This document shows positions 8,383 to 20,300 of a stretch of DNA of 64,000 bases, piece by piece. Made by a program: the position numbers and the translations under genes. A model generated the notes under the pieces. The model saw only the letters and a program-made list of their open reading frames with translations, made no database searches and was not told the DNA's origin. Source of the DNA: Giardia intestinalis (taxonomy: Eukaryota); assembly GCA_000002435.2 (NCBI GenBank), contig CM018791.1; one strand, given 5' to 3'. The first letter of the stretch is position 1. Each line of letters starts with the position of its first letter.

Positions 8383-11300
8383 CTACGTCCGAGGCTGCTG
8401 CTCAAATAAGTTCTTAATAAACAGAGCCAATAGTAGCTGTCGCCTCAAATGAACGTCTGCAGAGGAGAGTATCTCCGAAACAGGTAGTATTTGCATGCAG
8501 AGATCGAGCATCTCATTCATCTTTTTCATCAAGGAGGAAGATGGCATGCTCCTGTTTTCAATATAGGTTCTGCGCAGCTCAAACGCATAGTAATATGCTT
8601 GACTAAGGAAGAACGCAGCGCAATCTTTACCCACTCTAACGATCATATGGTAGTCAATATCGTTCTTTTTGGTCTGCACGACCTGCTCGAACTTTTTACA
8701 AAAGGCCTGTAGTACAGAGAAAGCATTGTCTTCTAAGGCACCTAGAATTCCGGACCACTTACTAGTTATATGATTAATCCTAGTTATCAAGATATTGCGT
8801 TGTATCATCAGCTCGTCTTCACGCAGAGGCTGCTCACGGATGAGACTCATGTATCCCAGGGCGTATTGCCAACTATCTTCGGTAAGGGGTTTTTCAAAGA
8901 ACAGATTGTCTTGGGAGTAAAGACCTGCTATATGTTCAAACAAAGCCCGCTCCGAGCCTTCTAAGTTATTCTTTTTGTTGACTACGCTGGGAAACAATTT
9001 GTTGAGAAGCTTAAGGATCACAGATAACGTTTCTTTATATGAGGAGACAGACAATTCATCTCCAGAGGACTTGGTTGGCATTGCAGCAGCATTGCTCGAG
9101 TATCCGATTGATTCCCATCCTGCTCCAAAGGGCGATGCATTGGAGTGCAGCTGTGAGTAACTTCTTTGGGGAGTAATTCCAAAGTGAGACGGGGGTTGAG
9201 CCTGATAATACGGCATATTGAGATAAGGCGATGAGCTCTGGTATCCCAGATGGTCCTGGTTGAGAGTGTGGTACTGCCCAGGACGCAGTTGAGATTCTGG
9301 AGCGCTTGCAGCCCGTGCTCCTGCTAGAGGGTATTGCTGAGTAAGTAGTCGCTGGTGCATGAGGGATCCCTGTTCCGCTTGATATGACATGCTTGCCGGT
9401 CCATAGCCATTGGAGTGGGGATACGCACCGGTTCTCATTGTAAAAGGATCATACCGGGTAGGCGGCGGATACGTCTGGGAGTGTACCCCCGGATAACGTG
9501 GTGCTGGAAGCATGTCAGTTCTTTGGTAGGGCTCCATTCCTCTGCCCTGTCTGCCATAGTATCTGTTGCCTCCCACCGCCCCATACGGAGCTCTTGGTCC
9601 CCCCGGTGCCCCCTGCGGATACTGAAGCTTTTCTTGGGGATAAGCCGTTGCATCGTGGTACTCTCCTGGTTGTCTATGAGACTGTGGGGCGCTACTAGGT
9701 CCGAATTGACCGATTCTTGGACCCATCTGGTAAGGAGGAGTAGGGCCAGAGGTCCCCGGCGTGTGCGTGTACCCAGTGGGCGTAGGCATGGCTCCAAAAG
9801 CGGTTGGTTGCGTGCATGTAGTCTGTATAGAGGGAGAATAGGGTGGTACGTCTACGCTGAATATTTCGTTGAGACGGTTTTCTGGATGTGCTTTCAAAGC
9901 TATAAGCCGTACATGGCTCCTAGAAGCCTGCATAATATTGCGGGATATGTCTATTACACTGTTCAAGTCGTGATTGTAATACTGCTCGTTGAGATTGCTT
10001 AGTAGTATGCGCTCCGTGGCAAGACCATAGATCAAGAGCCGATGCCTCTCTTTAATAAACTCTGCTGTTACAGGGACGCGAATAGCCTGCAGGATTGATG
10101 GCCACCTATCCTTGATAAGAGCCGAAAACTGCTTGATGGCAAATGTGATCTGTTCTGAACTGGGTACTCGTCTGAGACGCTGCAGTAGATCGAAGTTGAA
10201 GAGAAACTCATCTGAAAATAGTGGCACCACAGCCTGCCATGGTATAGCATGCACATAGTACGCGTTCCATCGCTCCTTCAAGACAGGATGGAGCTTGACA
10301 TCACATCGTTGAGTGAGAGTATGGGTGGGGAACAAGAGATTGCACGTGTCGGTGTTGGTACACGCATTGGGGAACTTATTATAGGCTTTTTCGAGCATGA
10401 GCGTAAGTTGCTGGAATATGGGGAGGAGGATCTTGGCTAGCTGGATAGGATTTGTGGTGTGCGAACAGTTGTACTCCTTCTTATCCATCAGAAGCTGCTG
10501 ATACTTACCCCGGTATCGAACGTACGCATGTAGGACCTTCAAATCAGACAATTTTGACCACGCGGAGTGAATCAGCTCCGCCACTGTCATCACAATCTTT
10601 ATATCTTCCTCTGCTACCTGCGGAGCGGGGCTAGCCTTGAGAGCGGCGATATCGTGCAAGTTGAGTCCAAATTTTTCGAGAAACTCAATCTTGCAATAGG
10701 TAAGGTACAACCAACAATTCTTAAGGTCTGTAAGCCCGTATTCCTGGACGGTGAAGAGCGACCTCATTGTCAAGGGCGTTGAATAGTAGCGGCTGGCATA
10801 GGTAGGATCCATCATGCAGTCGTACATATAATCGACATACTCTATCATTAGGTCAATTGCGCAGGCGCTTGGATGAATTCTAAGAACATATTGCTTGATG
10901 GTACTGAAGCTTTGCTGTAACGTCCCCTGTTGTCCGTAGTATTGAGAGCTACGAGATGGTAGCATCCTCGGGTTTATCAAAGAACTTGCCTGAGTATGCG
11001 AGTTAGTGGTGTAGTAAAATGGGGGTAAGTAGTAAGAGATGTTCCATAGTAGTCTATATGCTAAGGCGGCAGGTGAGCATGCGACGTCATTGATGGCCGC
11101 AGTCTCTGGAGAAACAGGTTCCTGTAGGCCTTCATTGGAGGTGTTGGCAGTGTCGGCCTCTGGATTGCTTGCTGCCCTTGGGGTGGTGAGATTTTGAAGA
11201 GAGAAGTCTTCAATGTACTGATTGCAGCATTGAAGCCAGTAATTCTCTACCACAGGGACTTGCTGGATGCCACGGGAAAAGACAGTGGCATACTTTGATC

Positions 11301-14300
11301 CCGTGTTACACAGACACCAATCGAATGAAAATAATAGATAGTTATACCGCACAGAAAGTTCTTTCAGCTTTCCTTGCAAAATTCGAAGCAGGTAAAGATC
11401 GTGTGTGGCCTTACTTATGTCTGTGTTCTGAACATATGGCCGTAACTCATCTGGTAGCTTGCGGCACTTCTTGACCATAAGCCAGAGTATCTGTAGGAAA
11501 GTAACGGAGGCCCGTAGGATAGTGCTAACGGGAAGAGAACGATCCTTAGTTGTCATAAGGAGATATGTGCGAATAATATTCTCATACATCTCCAAGGGCG
11601 TTGTCCCAAGTCCCACACCAATGGACATTATAATCTCGATCAGAAGCTGCCTGTTGTGTTCTGGAATCAGAGTCTCAAAGTCACTGACAAGGGACTCGAT
11701 CTTCTGTTGCTCTACGCTATCGGTGACTAGCCCCGACACCATAAAGTTACTCGACATCAGGGCAGACAGTATAGTATGCTCCTTCATGCTTATGCCGGAC
11801 ACCGGATCCTGAAGAAATACCGCAAGTAGATCCTGTTGGCCAGCCTCTCTCTGAGGGATATACATGTAATTGACTAAGTACCTTAGAAAGAAGGAATCTA
11901 AATCTGTGTGGTCATCGGGGAAACGATAAGGCTCATAAATATAATCGAACAGTCCCCCGTGTAGATATGTTCCGCCAACTACAAGAAACCTCTCGGCCAT
12001 GTGGAGACGGGCTCGTTGTTTTGGAGTACTGTCGCTTTGTTCGCCTAAGCTAAGGTAGCTCCCATCAATCGGCGTTGATTGGTCACGCGACGCAGTGGAA
12101 GGTAACTCGCTAGAAGATCCTTGGGGCAATGGTACAAAGTCCCCCAGTGCAACTGAGAGAGTGTTTTGCACTTTGGAGAAGGCTATCTGGGGGTAGAAGA
12201 TGCTGTTCTGGTTGTCCATGGGATAGGCCCGCATGAGCAGCATCCTAATGGTTCTAAGCACCACATGTAGGAGAACTTTCGTAGGAATTGGAGCAAGCCC
12301 TTGGAGCGTCGCTTGAGGTAGCAACGCGGGAGTGCTTGTAGTTTTAGAATAGATAGCATTATCCTTAAATAAGTCCAACTGGATCTTGCTTGTGGCAGGA
12401 GTTAGAACCATACGGTTATAGGTTTCTGCGATCATATGCGCTGATAATACAGAATTAAGTGCAGGAGACGTGCTGGCACCGTTGTCCACTACCGACGGCT
12501 GCACCAGAGAATTGCTTTTATCCTGGTGTCCTGTGCGCTCTACCAGTCCCGGATGAGTAGAACTAATAGAAGACAGATCCAGTGAGTTCATTAGTGGCGA
12601 GTCATAGATATGAAGATTGGCCGTCGAGAACCGCTCCACATAGAGATTCTCAGTTGCCGGAAGCTGCTTGAGGGAGTCCTGTTCTAACCCGTTGTTTGTA
12701 ATGCTTACTGATGACGTATATCGGAGACTGCATTCCGCAGCTGGAGCCTCATCTGTGGCTTCAAGCTGGGGCTTCATTATAGAATGAGGATAGGGATGGA
12801 CATTGGCAATCCCATAGCGGCGTTGTTCGAAGGGTCGCGGCCTATTGCTTGTTGCACTAGCAGATGGTGAACACAACTTTTGCATAAAGGTCTCAGATAT
12901 ACTATTGCACAAGACTTTGGGCGCGCCATCTTCTGAGGCAGACTGTATTAACGCGAGATAGTCCTGATTTGCTGATATTTCATAATGATAGACACCAAAA
13001 GCTAATCGGTAAATCCATGAATAGTCACAGGAAAAGAGCGTGGTGAAAGAATCCACTGTGAGAAGGCCATCTTGGGCATACGCGTGAACGTACTGATTCA
13101 GTAGTGTAGTGTCCACCAGCGCTAGAGGCGAGCTCATTGAGATGGTACGGATCTTTGCGCGAACCAGTCTGTGGATGTAGACGAGCTGAGGAGTAAATTG
13201 TATGGTACCTAAGTCGGTCAAGGCATGAGCAACGCTGAACTCCAACGTGCTGAAAGTCCTGAAAAGCTCTTGGCAAAGATCTGGTCCTTGCGTCCAACGC
13301 AGAGGTAAAGCTACGGAGTCTTCGTTCTCTAGGTAAAGCGAGATAAGCTGAGGAACATTAGTGAAAAAGTGGTAAATGAGCAGGTTATCAGCAATGACGT
13401 TTGTAGAGCTATATAAGCTTCCCTTGAAAAGATACTCGTTGGACCTACATAATTCGCTAGTATGTAAGAGCTTGCACGGGTGAACTCCATTATACGCTAG
13501 AATTATGCTACTAAATTGTAATAGAAGATGTAAATAACAAGGCGATTCAGGACCCAAGACTAAAGAGTGGCCATAGAGGAAGGTGTGCTTAAGCATAAAC
13601 GCCAAAAAAGAAGCGTCGTCCTTCAGCGTAGATGCAGTATATGAGTACTCATGTCCTCTGGGCCCCCTGGGATCAAGCAGAAAGGCGGGAATGTCGGCAA
13701 GAAGCAGACGAAGGATGACGTAGTATTTAAAGAATATAGAGTTATATCCTAGGGAAGCGAACACGAGGTTGCTGTCGATTGTCTTCAGAAGTGTGTGAAG
13801 CACTGTGCCTGTAATGTCGTACATCTTCAGCCAGTTCTCTGAAAAGACTTTCTTGCATAGGTTGCAGTGACGAAGAAGCCCTCGTAAGGACGAGTAAATG
13901 GGGTATAACGTGTACGGAATGGCAAAGTCCATGGCTGCACATATTGTTTTGTGCCTAAACAGCGCATATGTCTTGGCTAATGCCCGAGAGTACTCTGTCA
14001 CCGTGGACTGCAGTGTATTCTTTTTGATATGCGCAGAAAAGAAGCTTGTCAAGATGTGCAGTACAGCCCTGTTTCCTATGCGATCAAAGGGGTGGCTTGT
14101 CTGGCAAGAGGTGCTCAGCTTTCGTTGTAAAGACATGAACTGTATGTGGATGCTCTCTTGACCGTCTAAAGATGCGACTGTTGTATATAACAGATGGTTC
14201 AATAGCTCACAAACCGCCCGGCCGTAAAGAATATACTCATACCTATATACTAGATGCCCGTACTCATTGGCGATGTCGCTTCTTGTCGTTTTAGCAAAGT

Positions 14301-17300
14301 AGAGACAGGGGACCTGAAGCTCTGAGACACAGCCGACACACTTCTTTGAAAGAATATAGGAGTACGCAGCACTCACGTATGCAAGGGCGTACTCCTCCAG
14401 AACAAAAGCTGGTGTGCCGTGATGTAGCATATTCCTCTTCAGAAGCCCGTCTATCGTGAGGTATACATTAGATGCTAAAGTTTGTGGGAGCCCAGCCTCT
14501 TCTATACACTGTAGACAAAGACTCTCATGCTCATTAGCGCCGCAGTACGACAGACACGTTAAGTTCGATTGGTAAACACCATCCGATAGTATCGTGCTTT
14601 GGCTTTCAAGAGACGATTCCTGATAGAGCTTACACTGTCTAAAAACAGTTTGAGAGTTAGGTGTGATAATGTGCTGCGGGTTGACTGACGGTTTGTTGTC
14701 GAGCTGGCATGCTTGAACGAGGACCTTGACATCCTTCGTGTTTAGATTTGGAGTGGCAAGAAGCCCTGGATCAAACAGCTTCTGACAAATGAAGCAATAA
14801 TACAGTAGTGAGTTGTCTAAACTGGGATAGCTTAAATCTTTGTTACTTCTAGGGAGAGAAAACATAGCAGATGAATCGGCGGCGACGGGTTGCACTCCGT
14901 ACTGCTTTAGCAGCTTACGCTTCTCAGCAGACAAGTCCGCATCCAGCTCTCGAGTGCAGATGTTGTGGCATTCTTGGCATACTGGAAAGGACTTATCTAG
15001 GGTATATAGAGGTGTTAAAACGGATGAGTAACCATTGATGTAGTGCTGGACACTACTAGACTCTTTGAAAGTGTCTACAAAGCCCGCGGATGCTGGCAAC
15101 ATCCGAGGAATGGTGTGCGAAGAAGGATTCATGGAATAGAAGTCCAGTTTTGGCGGTATCGGCGGTTGGATGCTGAGGTTGAAAATATTCTGCATCGATG
15201 CAACCGTCACTTGCATGTCTGTTTGACCCTGGGAGTGCTCAACAGACCCGTCGAAATACGTGTAGAGAAACTCCGTAGGCGTCAACGTGGGGCCTTCAGG
15301 CTTTCGAAATAGTCTACCCATCTTGCTAAATAGGGGCGCGTTGATTGACGAGGTCCCAACTACGTTGCCAGAAATAACAGAAAACGCGGGTGATCCACGA
15401 AAGACATCTGGAGCTGCAGGCTCCTCCGCCCCGTCGTCAACAGAGCCTAGTTCTACTGAAGCTCCTGCGCTGCTCGGCGCTGGTCGAGTCCGCAGCTTCG
15501 ATGGTCCTGCTACGTCTTTTGCTCTCACTGACGTGTTCAGAGAGTCCACCGGGCTGCTTACATCGTTGGAAAACGAAGAATCTCTATGAGATATAGTAGC
15601 AACGGTAGGGGACCCGGCATAATATATGTAAAACGGTGTTGGGTCAAAGACTATTTTCAGAGACTCATAACTCATGCCAGCCGATTGTGGTCCACGGTCT
15701 TTTCTTTTGAGTATTTTGGGACTCTGATGATGCTCTCTATATACGGCTTTTGTCTGCGTGACAGAGGTCAGAGAATGCGATCGTAGAAGGCTCTCGTCAG
15801 TCTTACTCTTGCATGCTTGTACCATGTCTCTGAGTGTCGCTTTCACATTCATGAACAAGTACTGAATGGCCCCCTGTAAGAGCAAATCACAATCAAGCCA
15901 GGCACTGACCGTTCGTCGGACTAGCGGATCTATAAGATAAAGGCTCTGGGGCTTCAGATTTAAGCATGTATCAGTGAGCTTGGACATCTGGTTGCCAATG
16001 TTCGCCTGGTGTTGCTGGAAGGAGGTACAGCTTGCATGCACACAGACTCGTACAAGCTCATGCGTGGAAAACTTAAGAAGACTCTCCTGTAAAGATCTAT
16101 TGCTGAGATCTGCTTTCCGTGTGCCTTGCTTTAAGTCTATGGCTGCACATGTATCAGCAATATAGTCTCTCAATACTATAGATAGGGAATGAACCTCTCC
16201 ATATAGTACGTGGGTTGATTGAAACTGAATCGAGAATAGCGAATCCTCGAGCGAATGCTGGCAAAGATTCTGAAGGATGTATGGTGGCGACACAGAGTGT
16301 GGGGAGCTTTTTGATAATACCTGGTAGTCGTAGCAGAGCTTAGTGAATAGGTGGGCCATAGGCCTGGTACTAACAAATGGCATAGCAGCCAATAGGCTGG
16401 TGAAATCATAACCAGCAGGCACTGGTTTGTTCTTACCCCTTATTACCGGGGGCGTAGTCTGTGAACAGGCCTCGCTGAAAGCAAGTAGCATGAGCAGCAG
16501 CGTCTCTGGAACGACAGACACAACAAGGTCACTGGTTAAATTATCTGAAGCAGTTGTGCCTGCATTGCCTACTGCGTCCCTTATGTGTTGATAGTATGCC
16601 GGATAGGGAGCACCACTGCCAGTATCACCATTGCTGTTGGAGCAGTTAGCTTGTAGTTCTACTGCCTCTAAATCTGGTACGAAGATAGAGTCGAAAAACA
16701 CCGAAAGAAGCAAACGATTGAGTGCGTAAGTAGCAAGCTTGCGCATACTAAACGTGTCGTCGTCTGCATTTGATATCGATGCCAAAAGGCGTTCAGAGAC
16801 AGTCTTTTCGATAGTAGCAGATGTAAGCATGGTCAACACGTCCACCACAGTAATCCTTCCCGAATAGACATACCGGAGAAACACAAGGGTAGGCTTCACC
16901 ATAATATCAGGAACAAGGTACACCAGTGCAGTCTTTGTCCGGATAAAGATGGCCTGCGAAATAGCGTTAGAAAGCCCGGCTGCCTTTGCAAGCTTTACAG
17001 AGTGATCTGAGAAAAGCACACCCTGACACATAAACGCACTTGTCAATGCAGAGATCTGAAGAGCTCTTGACTGGGCGAGGTGCAAAGAATACACTACGAG
17101 GGAGTCAAAAAAAGCGTGCTCATTAATGTCAGCAAAGCCCGACGGATCCAGTTTAAAGTGCTTATTATATTCCTCACCGAGGCTTAGGCACGCATCTGTC
17201 CAGAGATAAATTAATAGCTGGAAGACGGCGTAACGAGCAACGGTGATGTATAATGGGTAGGATATTTTTGCCAGCGTATTCGGAACTTCTATCTCAAGAT

Positions 17301-20300
17301 ACCGCTTAAGCAGGGCTGGGCGAGAGTCATCGAAAATCACACGCCTAACGTTGGCGTCAATATCGAGGAATGTTCGCTGCAGAATGATTTGATCGAAGGT
17401 CTGCTGCATAATAAATACAAAAGATGGCTGAATAGAAGGCCTAGATGACAGAAACTCCTGCAGTTCAGCACACATCTCGGTGCTGAACTTGGATACTGAA
17501 AGAAAGTCCAATTGAAGCGCCGACAGTCTACTTGCACCAGAGGACTCAGAAGATACCGATACACTGCTTGAAGATGTGTCTTTGGCTGTTAAGGCTTGAA
17601 GCTCACTCAGCTCTTGCTGCTGAATGTAATCGGGGTTGTGAGCAATTAAGCCGCAGCCACATACAAGTCCGCTGGAGCACCGCACAGTGTTTAAGACGCT
17701 GCTTGATGATACCGATTCAATACTTCTCCTCAGCACCGTAGATCCAAATGGGGTTAAGGCAACGTTAAGCTGTCTGAGAAGACTGGCTGGAATATGAAGC
17801 CTAGCTACTTCATCGTCCAAGTTGTACGCTTGTATGTGAAGAAACAGGACAGAAAAAATTCTGTACGGGGTGTGTCTAGAGACGGCGTCGGTTGCCTTCT
17901 GCTTGATGTCATTGTAAAACTCGGTGCACTTGCGCCTATACTCCTCTATAGTGGATATCTTCACTTGGTCACGTGGATAGCCTGCGAAATATATGCTCAT
18001 GTTGCTAAGATGGCGCGACAGGTCAGTCGCCGTGTCAGCTGGCCTATTCTTCTCCCGTATATTTGTGAACACAGCCAGCTCTGCAGCGACTATCTGCGAG
18101 TGAACAGCCTCTGGCAGATAACCAGCGTCCAGAAAGTCTAGTAGTGCAAATGTGAGCATGATCTGAACAGGCTTTATAGCAGCGCTACTATCCATACCGA
18201 ACATGGAACTTAAGGCCTCTGAAATCAACTGAAACGTCGACAGCAACGTGTTTTTGGGAATGTGAATTAAAAATGACAGAATGGTTAAGCCCGCATGGAA
18301 CACATCCGCATCCATGGAGCTGAGCGACAGCAAAGCCTCTCTCAAAAGATCTATGGGGGCTTTCTCAGAGAGGCTAATGTTTGCTACTTTGGTAAGGGGC
18401 TCTGTAGTAAAGAGAGGGAACTCTTTACGCCCGGCAAAAAACCTGTATTTCGATGTAATGTTGTAACAACAATCAAGGTAATTGTACTGCTGCGGCGTCA
18501 TCTCCAAAGCTTCCTCTACAAAGATGCTTTCAAAGGGGATTTGGGAGAACACGTCTAAAAGTCTCATTGCCGCCTGAAAAGAGGCCACAATAATATAAGC
18601 AGGGAGTTGCTGGCAGATACGTTTTATAGATAAGACCTGTTTGCCATTTCGTTGAAAGAGTACAGTATCCGATGGATTCATCTTCAGGTGTGGCTCCACA
18701 AAGGTCTGTGAGAGAGGCTCTTTGACTACCTCGAACTCATTAGATGTACCATCACTCTTGCAGGGCTTGATGTAATAGTTGTGACAATCTTCTAAGTAAC
18801 CATCTAAATCTATTGCCTCTTGCAATCCGAGCTTTAAGGTAGCCGACGGTGAATTTGCTGATTGCTGAATATCATGAATTGCCTGCTCTTCCGGGAGCTT
18901 AGCATGTGCAACCCTTAATTTGAAATTGCACACATTACACCACACCCCCATAATAATAGAACACGCACACTTAGATATGGTCAAGACAGGCGAGCATGCG
19001 CTCCATCGTAATTGGTACCCTGTTTCGTTGAGGAGTTGCAGTCTCCGGGTAAAGTTTCCACTATTCTTTTGTGGCCACGTGGCACAGAGATGGTTGCCCT
19101 TTGCAGCATTCTTAAGGATGGCACGCTCGAGGGCGGTGTACTGTCGCAGATCTGAAGTGTTGCCACCGGTCTCTGGTCGTGCCTTAATAGTCTTGGTCTG
19201 AGATTTTCTAACAGCTGTGACAGCGCTCAGAGGTTGTTGCTTTAATACCCGAGGATCAGAGGGTTTCGAGGCCCGCTTTAATGCTTGCGATTTAAAGTTT
19301 GCACCAAAACCGCAAGAAAGAAGGGATTTAGCATCTAATGCACACAATTCGGGTGACGTCCTCGCCGCGGGAGCGCATCTATCCGCACTATCTTGATATA
19401 GAACTGAGGATATGATTTCTGCCGTAGAAACTCCTTGCGGAACCAAAACGTCTGCAACGCTGTCAGTCTGCCTAAGTGACCTAATAAACGAAGACAGAGA
19501 GTCTGAAACATTAGAAGACAAAACGGGGGACTGAAGCAGGTCAGACTCCTTCTTGATACGCGGGGGCCTGCCACGAGTAGGCGCGCTTTCTGTTACGACC
19601 AACTCCTCTGATAACTGATGCTGACACGGACAGTTATTAAGCTCACAGGTATCACACTCACTGGTCGTTCTTTTAGGTAGATCTGAAGATGTGGTAAAGA
19701 TATATCGACGTATAAAATCTATGGATGCAGAATCACTCGAGCAGTAGAGAGCATATTGATTCAGCTGTATATTGGTGAGCTCGTTGCTCCAGTTAATAAG
19801 ACGCTCATCAGTGCTAACAACGATCAAAATTGGTCGTTCTAAAGGTAAGAATGATGTGTATTCGTGGCTATCATCGCCACACCCCTCTTTATTATTGCTA
19901 GCCAGGATCTTCTGGACATTTGTTACAAATTCCGCCGGCGTAGAATTCATCGTCTCATGGATTGCAGGGTCCATTGGCTGAAATGATAGCTTTTCGCCCT
20001 TTTCGTGGTAGGGAACATTGTATTGGTATATCTTTGGAAACTTTCTTGTGCTACATCCATCTTGCTGTTGCTTTTCTTTCTCTAAGCTCTTGACAGACAT
20101 GAAGTACGCAGCGTATGGAACTCGCCCAGAGGGTAGATTAGAGTCCCAGAAAGGGGTTGAATATGCCTTGCTGATAGTCGCATACTCGTTAAACTTAAGG
20201 AAAGTGCAGAACAGCTTTGTTGTGAGCGGATATGGTCCTCTCTTTGAACCGGTGGCGGCATCTGCACGTGACTCAATAACGCTGAACCACGAACTGCCCA